Source: Armatimonadia bacterium
GTDB lineage: Bacteria; Armatimonadota; Zipacnadia; UBA1398
DNA: 57,193 bases
Assembly: GCA_014730065.1 (NCBI GenBank)
Contig: WJIW01000269.1
Span: 1-57,193, forward strand
Direction of reading: 5' to 3'
Position 1 is the stretch's first letter. Every line of letters starts with the position of its first letter. The position numbers and the translations under genes were made by a program. Positions 9,449-17,887 of the stretch are shown here, one piece after another. A model generated the notes under the pieces. That model searched no databases and was not told the origin of the DNA. It was given only the letters and a program-made list of their open reading frames with translations.

Positions 9449-10792
9449 TCACTCGGGGTACAGCACGATGTCCGGCCCGCGACCGTCCTCCAGCAGACTG
9501 GTCTCGCCCCCGTCGTCCACCCCGTCGAACCCCGGGCTGTACAGCATGAACTCCTCCGCGCCCACGCGCTCGTACAGCGGCGGGTCGCCGGTCCATGGCT
9601 CCGGGGGCAGCTCGGCGATGATCTCAGGAGTCAGATCCTCCAGGGCGGTGGGCAGCTCGCCGTGGCGCACCCGGTAGGCTTCGAGGGCTGGGCGGAGCTG
9701 AACGACCACCCACGCCTCGCGCAGCGCCAGATGCTGATCGTAGATCTTGAGCATCGCGGGGAAGACCAGGGGCGCGATGGGATCGCCGCGGGCCTCCACG
9801 TCCTCGGCGGTGCGCTCCAGGAGACGGTGGATGTGGGAGGCCACTGCGGGCTCGTCGGCGGCCTCGGCCATGCGTGCGTACCGGTCCTCGATCCACGTCC
9901 GCATGTTCTCGATATCCTCGGCACCTAGCTCGTTCATCCCCGGGTCGGGCACCCCCGGCTTGAGCGCCCCGACCTCATCCAGGGCGTTGCGGGCGCCGGT
10001 CTCCTGCATCCGGTCCACGAACGTGAGGGTGGCCCGGGCCTCGAGCAACAGGGCCGTGCCGAAAGCAGGCACATCCCGGGCGATCTCCCGGCACCGCCGG
10101 GCGTGGGCGGTCAGCTCGTCGGCATCGGCACCTCCCACATCCAGGAACAGCGCCTGCGCCTTGCGGCACAGATCGAAGATGGCCTTTCCCACCAAGTGCT
10201 CGATGAGGACGCCGTCCTGGGCGACTCTCGCCGAGAGGACCAGGCCATCCTCCAGGCGCTGGAAGGCCAGCGACACCTCGCCGCGATCGTAGGCGACCAG
10301 GGCCCCCGCCACGACGAGCCGTGCCAGCTCCTTGAAGTCCTTGAGCCATGGCAGGCCGTCTTTGAAATCGTCCACCACTGGAGAAGCGTACTCGAGCTGA
10401 CCCGCGGCGTGGACGCGATCGAGGACGTCCTCGCAGGCATCCACCACGTCAGCCATGACGGCGAGAGCGGCACCCGGATCCACCGGCTCCGGCTCTTCCG
10501 CGGCCGGTTGGCCGGGCTTGGGTGGCTTGGGCTTGGTCTCGCCGCCCAGCACGGCCGCGATCCACTCGGATTGGATTGTGCCGCGGTCGGCCGGGTCTTG
10601 GTATAGGCGGCAGGCCTCGCGGTACACATCGAAGCCGTTGGGGTCGGGCACGGGCCCCGGCTCCCACTCGGGGAGCGAGTGGCGCTCCTCGTCGACCCAT
10701 CCCGCATCCGGATCGAAGTCGGCGGTCGCCGGCTGGACCATGCCCGCCGCGGCGATGGTGGTCATGACGGCCAAAGCGGTGGATACTCTCAT
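9449..10792 (-). CDS. Hypothetical secreted, mostly helical protein with a pseudopilin-like C-terminal motif
   Basis: Part of ORF 9449..10813. The ATG at 10792 is preceded by GAGGGG and gives signal peptide MRVSTALAVMTTIAAAGMVQPATA. C-terminal ...FMLYSPGFDGVDDGG resembles the end of T2SS GspG-type pseudopilins. The rest is unassigned. Confidence 0.55.
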   Translation of the reverse strand: MRVSTALAVMTTIAAAGMVQPATADFDPDAGWVDEERHSLPEWEPGPVPDPNGFDVYREACRLYQDPADRGTIQSEWIAAVLGGETKPKPPKPGQPAAEEPEPVDPGAALAVMADVVDACEDVLDRVHAAGQLEYASPVVDDFKDGLPWLKDFKELARLVVAGALVAYDRGEVSLAFQRLEDGLVLSARVAQDGVLIEHLVGKAIFDLCRKAQALFLDVGGADADELTAHARRCREIARDVPAFGTALLLEARATLTFVDRMQETGARNALDEVGALKPGVPDPGMNELGAEDIENMRTWIEDRYARMAEAADEPAVASHIHRLLERTAEDVEARGDPIAPLVFPAMLKIYDQHLALREAWVVVQLRPALEAYRVRHGELPTALEDLTPEIIAELPPEPWTGDPPLYERVGAEEFMLYSPGFDGVDDGGETSLLEDGRGPDIVLYPE

Positions 10793-10889
10793 ATCGCCCC
10801 TCGCTATTCTCATCCTCGCTACACTCCGAGTCGGTATTGTACCCTAGAGCCCTGGCATGCACGATGCGTTACTACGAGGAGATGATCCG

Positions 10890-11207
10890 ATGAGCCACGA
10901 GCCCGCCGACCGCCCCTCCATCGCCCGGCTGTCCGCCTTCGATTGGGTGCTGATCGCCGTGGCCGTGGGGTGCGTGGTCGCCATCGTCTTCGCCCCCGCC
11001 CGCCTCGGCCTGCTCAAGGCGGCCCTGGCCTTTTGGGGAGCAGGCTGCGTGGCCATGGTATCCATCAACATCGCCCTCCGGTCGGCGTACGAGACTCTGG
11101 CTCTGCGTAAGCGAGTCGGCCACCTGGAGCAGAAGATCCGCGACCTGGAGGCCGACGTGGGGCGGGTGGTGCGGCTCGAGGAGGACGGCGAGCCGCCCGC
11201 TCGTTAG
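10890..11207 (+). CDS. Small hypothetical membrane protein (two TM helices plus C-terminal coiled coil)
   Basis: Part of ORF 10857..11207. The ATG at 10890 lies 8 nt after GGAGA. Very high GC3 in frame. FDWVLIAVAVGCVVAIVFA and AFWGAGCVAMVSINIAL are hydrophobic helices, followed by LRKRVGHLEQKIRDLEADV. Confidence 0.5.
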   Translation: MSHEPADRPSIARLSAFDWVLIAVAVGCVVAIVFAPARLGLLKAALAFWGAGCVAMVSINIALRSAYETLALRKRVGHLEQKIRDLEADVGRVVRLEEDGEPPAR

Positions 11208-12115
11208 CCCGAGCCGGACTTCGCCCGGGGGTGGAACATCCCGTGCTGCTCCCGGAGGAAGCTCGTCGTCACGTGGGCGTACAGCTCCGTGGTCGCGATA
11301 CTCGCATGGCCCAGCATCTCCTGGATCTCCCTCAGCCCCGCGCCTCCCTCCAGAAGATGAGTGGCGAAGCTGTGGCGAAGCGTGTGAGGGCTGAGTCGGC
11401 GGGGATCGATCTCCGCCTGCACCCCGGCCCTCTTCACCGCCCGGAACACCCCGCTCCTGGACAGGCGGCCCCCGCGCCGGGAGATGAACATCGCCGCTTC
11501 GGAGGGATTGGTCGCTAAGGAGGGACGCGCTCCGCCGAGCCAGCTCGCGCAGCGCTCCAGGGCGACCCGTCCCACGGGTACCATGCGCTCCTTGCCCCCC
11601 TTGCCCATGCACCTGAGGAAGCCCGACGCCGCATCCAGGTCGCCCAAATCCAGGCCGCAGACCTCCGACACGCGCAGGCCCGTGGAGTACATCAGCGTCA
11701 GCAGCGCGGTGTCGCGCACGGCCAGGCCGCTAGCGGCGCCCGGCGCCGCGAGGAGGGCCTTGATCTCGTCCAAGGACAACACCTTGGGTAGGGCCTTGGG
11801 TCGCCGCGGGAGGGGCACCCGCTCCGTGGGATCGGACGGGGTGATGCCCTCGTTGACGAGGTGACGGAAGAGCCGCCGGACCGCGGCCATGCGCCGAGCC
11901 AGAGTGGTCGCCGCATCGCCCCGGGTGGTCAGCCAGGATGCGAAGAAGGTGATATGGTCGCGGGTGACGGCATCCGCCCGATCGATGCCGTGGGCCTCCA
12001 GGAACTCGGCCAGGAGGGCGAGGTCGCGGCCGTAGGCCTGAAGCGTGTTGTCGGCGGCGCTCCCCTCGGCGGCGAGGGCGTCCAGGAACAACTGAGTGGC
12101 ATCATCCACATGCAT
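11204..12115 (-). CDS. xerD: Tyrosine site-specific recombinase XerD (XerC/XerD family)
   Basis: Part of ORF 11204..12631. The real start is MHVDD at 12115, with GGGGAGGA upstream. N-terminal SAM-like domain [30 protein letters not shown]. Catalytic residues in context: TGLRVSE (Arg I), [12 protein letters not shown] (H-x-x-R), [15 protein letters not shown] (His/Tyr). Length 303 aa. XerD versus XerC is judged from the N-terminal NTLxxYxRDL pattern only. Confidence 0.85.
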   Translation of the reverse strand: MHVDDATQLFLDALAAEGSAADNTLQAYGRDLALLAEFLEAHGIDRADAVTRDHITFFASWLTTRGDAATTLARRMAAVRRLFRHLVNEGITPSDPTERVPLPRRPKALPKVLSLDEIKALLAAPGAASGLAVRDTALLTLMYSTGLRVSEVCGLDLGDLDAASGFLRCMGKGGKERMVPVGRVALERCASWLGGARPSLATNPSEAAMFISRRGGRLSRSGVFRAVKRAGVQAEIDPRRLSPHTLRHSFATHLLEGGAGLREIQEMLGHASIATTELYAHVTTSFLREQHGMFHPRAKSGSG

Positions 12116-12221
12116 GGCCGGTCCTCCCCTCAAGAGGCCAACGCCCGCGGGAGCGGCGGGGATCGGAGGAGATCGCGTGCTTGCCATGAATGTATCGCAC
12201 GTGTGGAGATAGGGGGAAGCC

Positions 12222-13025
12222 ATGTTCGGCATCGCCGGCGATGGATGCCCTTCTCGCTTCAAACTGGCTGGCGACCACGAGCTGGTCACGGTGGTCGATG
12301 TGCTGCGGAAGCGGGGGCCGGCATGCGCCGTGCCGGAGCTGTTCATGCTCGGGACGGACCGCTGCCGGGTGGCGGTGTGTGTGGACGAGACGCCTCCCGC
12401 GGTGCTGATCGAGCCCACGGCCCCCAAGATCACCCTCGCCGTCCACGGCCGAGCCGGCTCCATCGGAGTGCGCCAGTACCTGTCCGAGGTGGAGGCGGGT
12501 GTTGGCTTCATCGCGCCCAGCGAGCTGGAGCCCGTCGTTACCGCGATGGGTCGGCGCCCCGCCGTGCTGCCTATGCCCGTTCTCTCGACCAGCCATGTCC
12601 GCCCGGCCTCCCACCGCGCCCCGCCGGGCAATCGAGAGCCCCTCGGCCCGCAGCACGAAGCGGCCGTGGACGACCTGCCCGCCGAGGGCCGTGGGTTCCT
12701 GGAGTGCTACCACTCCGTGGCCGAGTTCCTCGCCGACCCACTCCCCGGTGTGGCGAGCGTGGTCGACGATCAGATCGTCTCCATCTGCGTCGTCTATGCC
12801 CGTTTCGAGGGTGCCTGCGAGGTGGCCGTCTACACCCGGCCCGAGCACCGTGGGCACGGTCATGGCACCGCCGTGGCGGTGGAGTGCCTGCGTCTGGTGC
12901 TGAACGCCCGATGTCGGCCCGTGTGGACGGCGGTGGACGATGCTTCACGCCGGTTGGGTATCAAAGTAGGGCTTACCCCCGTCGGCGAGAAGCTATACGT
13001 CATGTTCGAGCGGCCCGCCGCCTGA
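12222..13025 (+). CDS. GNAT-family N-acetyltransferase (two-domain, PF12746-like)
   Basis: ATG at 12222 follows GGGGGA. C-terminal part [34 protein letters not shown] carries the acetyl-CoA motif R-x-x-G-x-G. A length of about 267 aa fits this subfamily. Confidence 0.5.
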   Translation: MFGIAGDGCPSRFKLAGDHELVTVVDVLRKRGPACAVPELFMLGTDRCRVAVCVDETPPAVLIEPTAPKITLAVHGRAGSIGVRQYLSEVEAGVGFIAPSELEPVVTAMGRRPAVLPMPVLSTSHVRPASHRAPPGNREPLGPQHEAAVDDLPAEGRGFLECYHSVAEFLADPLPGVASVVDDQIVSICVVYARFEGACEVAVYTRPEHRGHGHGTAVAVECLRLVLNARCRPVWTAVDDASRRLGIKVGLTPVGEKLYVMFERPAA

Positions 13026-13048
13026 TGGGCCCGCGGAAGGACCGACCC

Positions 13049-13645
13049 ATGGCTCAGCAAGAGCGTATTGCGCTGATCAGCGTATCGGACAAGAGCGGGA
13101 TCGTGGAGCTTGGCAAGGCTATCGCCGAGCTGGGCTTCCGGATCGTATCCACGGGCGGGACGGCCCGGGCCCTGCGCGAGGGCGGCCTGACCGTCACCGA
13201 TGTGTCCCAGCTCACAGGCTTTCCGGAGTTGATGGATGGCCGGGTGAAGACCCTCCATCCCGTAGTCCACGCCGGACTACTGGCCGTCCGGGACAGTGCC
13301 GACCATATGGAGCAGATCGCCTCTCACGGCATCCAGCCCATCGATCTGGTTATCGTCAACCTCTATCCCTTCGAGCGCACTGTGGCCAAAGAGGGGGTCA
13401 CCGAGGCCGACGCGGTGGAGAACATCGACATCGGCGGCCCCACCATGATCCGGTCGGCCGCCAAGAACTTCTGGCACGTGACCGTGGTCGTCGACCCCGG
13501 TGATTACGATCTGGTCGTCGGCGAGCTTCGGGAGCATGGCGATACAACCCTGGAGACCCGGCGCAAGCTCGCCGGCAAGGTGTTCCGGACCATGGCCGGG
13601 TACAACGGCGCCATCGCCGACTACTTGCAGGGAACGCAAGCCTAG
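13049..13645 (+). CDS. purH: Stand-alone IMP cyclohydrolase (MGS-like N-terminal domain of PurH); no AICAR formyltransferase domain
   Basis: This is the last 199 codons of ORF 11861..13645. The ATG at 13049 lies 7 nt after [49 protein letters not shown]...[16 protein letters not shown]...[12 protein letters not shown]...[17 protein letters not shown] matches PurH residues 1 to about 200 nearly motif for motif. The ORF stops at the interdomain linker. Confidence 0.8.
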   Translation: MAQQERIALISVSDKSGIVELGKAIAELGFRIVSTGGTARALREGGLTVTDVSQLTGFPELMDGRVKTLHPVVHAGLLAVRDSADHMEQIASHGIQPIDLVIVNLYPFERTVAKEGVTEADAVENIDIGGPTMIRSAAKNFWHVTVVVDPGDYDLVVGELREHGDTTLETRRKLAGKVFRTMAGYNGAIADYLQGTQA

Positions 13646-13659
13646 CCGGGGGAGGACTC

Positions 13660-14547
13660 ATGGCCGTTGCCGTCATCCTGAGCTTCGTGGGCGGAGCGCT
13701 GCTGATCGCCGCCGCCGCCCTATGGGACCTCATCGGTCCGTGGGCGCTGCCCGTCGCGGTGCCTGTCGCCGCAGGATGCGTCTATGTGCTCATCCATAGC
13801 CTGCCCCTGCTCACCATGAGTGCGCGGCTCCGGCCCCTGGCTTTGGGCTCGACCATGATACGGTCCGCGCGCCGCCTGTCCGAGGATCAGCAATGGGAGC
13901 TGTTCCGGCTCGTCGACCTGGTCAAAGGCCGGCTGTGGGACGCCGCGCCGGGCGCCGAGAGCGCTGGCTGCGAGGTATGGGTGGTCGCCCATCGCGACCA
14001 GGTCCAGCGGGTAGTACGAGCCAGAAGAGTGGGCGTGGGGCTCTTCGGGCCCACGGTGTGTGCCATCGCCATCGGCGATCTGCGCGACCACGAGCGCGCC
14101 CTTAAGGCCATCGCCTCGGCCGTGGCCGTCAATGCGGCCAGCTCGCTCAATGGTAGAATCCCGCCCTTCCTGCGGGAAGGTCTGGGCGGCTACCTCGTCG
14201 CCTGTGCCCTCCACCCCGCGGGCGCCGAGCGAGGACGGTACCTCCACGAGGACGCACGGCGGGCCGCCGAGGATGGCGTCGATCTCGCACACATGCTCCG
14301 GCTGCTCGGGCCCTCGCTGAAGGCCGGCCAACGGCGGGCCCTGGCGCGAAGCCTGGTGGGCTTCCTCGTCCACCGGTACGGCTGGCGAGCCTTCCTCCAG
14401 ATGATGCAGTACGCCGACCGCGAGCCCATCGATCTGGCCCTGTTCGAGGCCTATGCCCGGAATTTGGCAGAACTCCAGCGCCGCTGGCTCGTATTCCTGG
14501 AGGGGAGCCTGGCGCCGCTGTCGCGAGACGGCCGGCGCTCGGCTTAG
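13660..14547 (+). CDS. Hypothetical membrane protein
   Basis: ATG at 13660 follows GGGGAGGA (13649-13656). Two N-terminal TM helices (AVAVILSFVGGALLIAAAALW, ALPVAVPVAAGCVYVLIHSL). High GC3. No recognisable motif. Confidence 0.5.
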   Translation: MAVAVILSFVGGALLIAAAALWDLIGPWALPVAVPVAAGCVYVLIHSLPLLTMSARLRPLALGSTMIRSARRLSEDQQWELFRLVDLVKGRLWDAAPGAESAGCEVWVVAHRDQVQRVVRARRVGVGLFGPTVCAIAIGDLRDHERALKAIASAVAVNAASSLNGRIPPFLREGLGGYLVACALHPAGAERGRYLHEDARRAAEDGVDLAHMLRLLGPSLKAGQRRALARSLVGFLVHRYGWRAFLQMMQYADREPIDLALFEAYARNLAELQRRWLVFLEGSLAPLSRDGRRSA

Positions 14548-14561
14548 GAGGGATCCCCGGA

Positions 14562-15488
14562 GTGGCCTCGCGGGCTGAGTGGTATGCCTTGGTGAGTATC
14601 GGCGGCGTGGGACCTCGGAGGGTTCGAGGTCTTCTGAACGCCTTCGGCTCCCTGGACGAGGCCCTCGCCCAGCCCGACGAGGACCTGGTGGGCAAGGGGA
14701 TGCTCACCGAGACCCATGTGGCCCAGCTCCGGAAGCGACTGGCCCGGGTGGAGGAGATCGAGCGGCAGCTCGACGACCTCGACATGGACGGCATCCGCAC
14801 CGTACCCATGGACTCCGACGCCTATCCCCCGGCCCTCCTGACCACCGGCCGCGCGCCAGCCCTGCTCTTCGTCGCCGGAGACCCCGAGATGGCCCACGGG
14901 CGCGGCGTCGCCATCGTGGGCGCACGCAACGCTAGCGACGGGGGCCTGGAGTTCGCCCAGGCCTTGGCAGCTCGGGTGTCCGAGGCGGGCCTTGCGGTGG
15001 TCAGCGGCCTGGCCCCGGGCATCGATACCGCCGCCCACGAAGGCTGCCTTGAGGTCGGCGGTACGCCCGTGGGGGTGCTGGGCAGCGGCTTCGGCGGATC
15101 GAGAGCCCAGACCGACCTATGCACCGAGGTGGCTCAGCACGGCAGCCTCCTCACCGAGCTGCGGCCCGGCGTTCCGCCGACCACCGCGAACCTCATGGCC
15201 CGCAACCGAATCGTCACGGGGCTCAGCTACGGTGTGGTGATCGTGGAGCTGGGCCAGACCCAGGGGACCGTCAGCACCCTCCGCTCGGCCCAGAGCCAAG
15301 GCCGGCCGCTCTTCATCGCTGCCCCGGCCGCGGAATCCGAAGTGGGCCGGGCCGAGATCGCCGCTGGAGCGCCCCTCATCGACTCCCCCGACGATCTGGA
15401 TGCCCTGGTCGAGGTGGCCAGCTCGTACGAGCCCCAGCCATCGGACGACGAGGAAGACGACGACGGCCAGCTCAGGCTGTTCACCTAG
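14562..15488 (+). CDS. dprA: DNA-processing protein DprA (Smf)
   Basis: GTG at 14562 lies 10 nt after AGGAGG. The Rossmann-like core GVAIVGARNASDGGLEFAQALAARVSEAGLAVVSGLAPGIDTAAHEGCL...GVLGSG...MARNRIVTGLSYGVVIVE is the DprA signature. Confidence 0.85.
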   Translation: MASRAEWYALVSIGGVGPRRVRGLLNAFGSLDEALAQPDEDLVGKGMLTETHVAQLRKRLARVEEIERQLDDLDMDGIRTVPMDSDAYPPALLTTGRAPALLFVAGDPEMAHGRGVAIVGARNASDGGLEFAQALAARVSEAGLAVVSGLAPGIDTAAHEGCLEVGGTPVGVLGSGFGGSRAQTDLCTEVAQHGSLLTELRPGVPPTTANLMARNRIVTGLSYGVVIVELGQTQGTVSTLRSAQSQGRPLFIAAPAAESEVGRAEIAAGAPLIDSPDDLDALVEVASSYEPQPSDDEEDDDGQLRLFT

Positions 15489-15523
15489 GCCGGTCCTCGC
15501 CGGCCGGAAAGCGAGCGTCATCC

Positions 15524-17887
15524 ATGACCCATGTGCTGTGCATCGCCCTCGCCGCCGGGCTCACGCTCCGGCCGGCGCCCGAGGTGCTGAACCCGTTACC
15601 CGAGGACGCTACCCCCTGGGTGGAGCATGTCTGCGCCGTGGCGCCCGACGTGCTATGCATTACCGTCGGCGAGGGGCAGGTCCAGTACGGCCCACAGGAG
15701 CCGTACGAGCCCCAGCCGGGCGACGTGGTCGCGCCCCCCGATGAGCATCACCGCGTCGTGCGTCGAGATGGAGTGCCTATCGGGTGCCTTGTCGGGGCCG
15801 AGGGAGACATCATCAAACGGTACGACCGCTTGGTCGGCGAGCCCCTGGACACGGAATGGGCTCAGCGGCCGGGCAGCTACACAATCCAGAGCGACGATGA
15901 TCCCACTTACGCGGCGGGCGTGTCTCCCATGGCGGTCCACCGCAAGACCAAGCCGACGGACATGGCCCAGACCAGCGTGTGGAGCTTCGCCTTCCCCCTC
16001 CGCCACTACCTGTACCTTCGGCTGCCCGAGCCACTGGCCGAGGGGGCGACGTACTACGTACAGCTCGACGAGGGCCCCCTCCCCGCCCTCGATTACACCC
16101 ACGATCCGGGCTTGGCGCGCAGCGAGGCGGTGCACGTCAGCCAACTGGGCTTCCGGCCGAGCGACCCCGCCAAGGTGGCGTTCCTCTCCTGCTGGATGGG
16201 CGATGGGGGGCCGCTCGACTATCTCGCCGGTCTGGCCTTTCGAGTCCTGCACGACGAGTCGGGCGAGGCCGTCTATGAGGGTACCCTGAGCCTGGCGAAG
16301 GCGAAGGGTGAGGCCACCGAGGACGCCTATGCCAAGAACTACAATGGGACCGACGTCTGGGAAGCGGACTTCTCCCAGGCCAGCCTGCGGCCGGGCGCCA
16401 GCTACCGGGTGTCCGTCGACGGCATCGGATGCAGCTATCCCTTCCGGTGTGACCGGGAGGTGTGGGACGAGGCGCTCCAGGTCTCTGCGAAGGTCTACTA
16501 CTACCAGCGCAGCGGCATCGCCCTGGAGCCGCCGCACTCGGAGATGACCCGGCCGCGAACGTTCCATCCCGACGATGGCGTCCAGGTCTTCCACTCCACC
16601 TGTGCCCTCATGGACTCGGGCAATGGCATCACCCCCGAGCCCACCAACTTCGGCCGGTTGGTGGCGGGGCTCACCGACGAGATCGTGCCCGATGCGTGGG
16701 GCGGATACATGGATGCCGGTGACTGGGACCGGCGGATCCAGCATCTGGATGCCAGCCGGCTGATGCTGGAGCTGGTCATGCTCTTCCCCGAGCACTACGC
16801 CGACCTGGACCTGAACATCCCCGAGTCGGGGAACCATCTCCCGGACCTGGTCGACGAAGCGCTGTTCAACCTGGACTGCTACCGCCGGATGCAGACCGCC
16901 GAGGGGGGGATCCGCGGGGGCATCGAGTCCTCGGAGCATCCCCGGTTCGGCGAGGCGAGCTGGCAGGAATCACTCACGATCATGGCGTACGCGCCGGGCG
17001 TGTGGTCGAGCACCGTATACGCGGGCTGCGCCGCTCGCGCCGCGCTGTGTCTTCGGCAGATCGACGCTGGTCTGTCGGGCACTTACCGGGAGTCGGCCCT
17101 TCGGGCCATGGAATGGGCCGAAGCCGAGCGCGCCGGTGTCGATGTGGAGAGCTACCCGCAGGATTTGGGTAACGACCGCAACCTGGCCGCCGCCGAGCTG
17201 TACCGCCTAACCGGCGATGAGCGCTGGCACCGGCTCTTCTTGGAGACGACGGTCTTCACCGAGGCCGGAGTGCCGCTCAACCGGTGGCCCGACTACGACC
17301 ACTCCGAGGCGGCCTGGGTCTACGCGATGACCGACCACGACACCGTCGATCCCCAGGTGCAGGCCAACGCTCGCGAGGCACTGCTGGCCACCGCCGGCGA
17401 GCGCGCGGACTACTGCCAGCGCACGGGGTTCCGCTGGACCGACAACCCCTGGAAGCCAAAGGGCATCGGTAGCTTCACGTCGCCCTCGGCCAGGGAGCTG
17501 GTGCGCGCCCATCACCTCACCGGCGACGACGACTATTTGCGCGCCGCCGTGCTCTCGACCCAGACGGGTCTCGGGGCCAATCCCGAGAACCTGTGCTACA
17601 CCACGGGTCTGGGGCAGTTCACGGTGCAGCACCCGCTCCATGTGGACTCCCGGGTCACTCGCCAGGCTCCGCCTCCCGGCATCACTGTGTTCGGCCCGTG
17701 CGATATTGAGGTCTACGGAGACTGGGCCGTGGACGTCATCTCCCCCGCTGTGCACCCCGCGATGGAGGAGTGGCCGATCATCGAGACGTACTGGGACGTG
17801 TACCTGGACCCTGTGGTCACCGAGTTCACGATCCACCTCCCTCTGGCCGAGACCACCTACGTGTGGGGCTACCTGGCGGCGAGATGA
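15524..17887 (+). CDS. Glycoside hydrolase family 9-like protein ((alpha/alpha)6 barrel with N-terminal Ig-like domain)
   Basis: Part of ORF 15119..17887. The ATG at 15524 gives MTHVLCIALAAGLTL. WGGYMDAGDWDRRIQH matches the GH9 (G)GY(H/M)DAGD motif. The context LPDLVDEALFNLDCYRRMQ is typical of GH9 barrels. Confidence 0.6.
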   Translation: MTHVLCIALAAGLTLRPAPEVLNPLPEDATPWVEHVCAVAPDVLCITVGEGQVQYGPQEPYEPQPGDVVAPPDEHHRVVRRDGVPIGCLVGAEGDIIKRYDRLVGEPLDTEWAQRPGSYTIQSDDDPTYAAGVSPMAVHRKTKPTDMAQTSVWSFAFPLRHYLYLRLPEPLAEGATYYVQLDEGPLPALDYTHDPGLARSEAVHVSQLGFRPSDPAKVAFLSCWMGDGGPLDYLAGLAFRVLHDESGEAVYEGTLSLAKAKGEATEDAYAKNYNGTDVWEADFSQASLRPGASYRVSVDGIGCSYPFRCDREVWDEALQVSAKVYYYQRSGIALEPPHSEMTRPRTFHPDDGVQVFHSTCALMDSGNGITPEPTNFGRLVAGLTDEIVPDAWGGYMDAGDWDRRIQHLDASRLMLELVMLFPEHYADLDLNIPESGNHLPDLVDEALFNLDCYRRMQTAEGGIRGGIESSEHPRFGEASWQESLTIMAYAPGVWSSTVYAGCAARAALCLRQIDAGLSGTYRESALRAMEWAEAERAGVDVESYPQDLGNDRNLAAAELYRLTGDERWHRLFLETTVFTEAGVPLNRWPDYDHSEAAWVYAMTDHDTVDPQVQANAREALLATAGERADYCQRTGFRWTDNPWKPKGIGSFTSPSARELVRAHHLTGDDDYLRAAVLSTQTGLGANPENLCYTTGLGQFTVQHPLHVDSRVTRQAPPPGITVFGPCDIEVYGDWAVDVISPAVHPAMEEWPIIETYWDVYLDPVVTEFTIHLPLAETTYVWGYLAAR

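Noticed and set aside
11204-12115. XerD as the integrase of a mobile element or genomic island
   Set aside because: It has housekeeping XerD length and motifs. I saw no flanking direct repeats, phage or IS genes, and the tRNA is 3.7 kb away with unrelated genes between. The composition resembles its neighbours.
12116-12631. 172-codon N-terminal extension of the XerD ORF
   Set aside because: The extension is Ser/Thr/Pro/Arg-rich and motif-free. MHVDD at 12115 has a GGGGAGGA SD and gives a canonical 303-aa XerD.
11861-13048. First 396 codons of the 594-aa ORF 11861..13645
   Set aside because: This part overlaps xerD (antisense) and the GNAT gene (other frame) and reads as Arg/Pro/Gly junk. 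Only the last 199 codons, after a good SD and ATG at 13049, match PurH.
15653-16939. 428-aa minus-strand ORF inside the GH9-like gene. Similar long shadows occur at 2033-2998, 5989-6825, 33846-35159, 37327-38271, 44029-44802, 45351-46289, 48042-49115 and 48998-50305.
   Set aside because: All lie antisense to or out of frame with genes that carry unambiguous catalytic motifs. Their translations are low-complexity R/G/P/A/L strings with no motifs.
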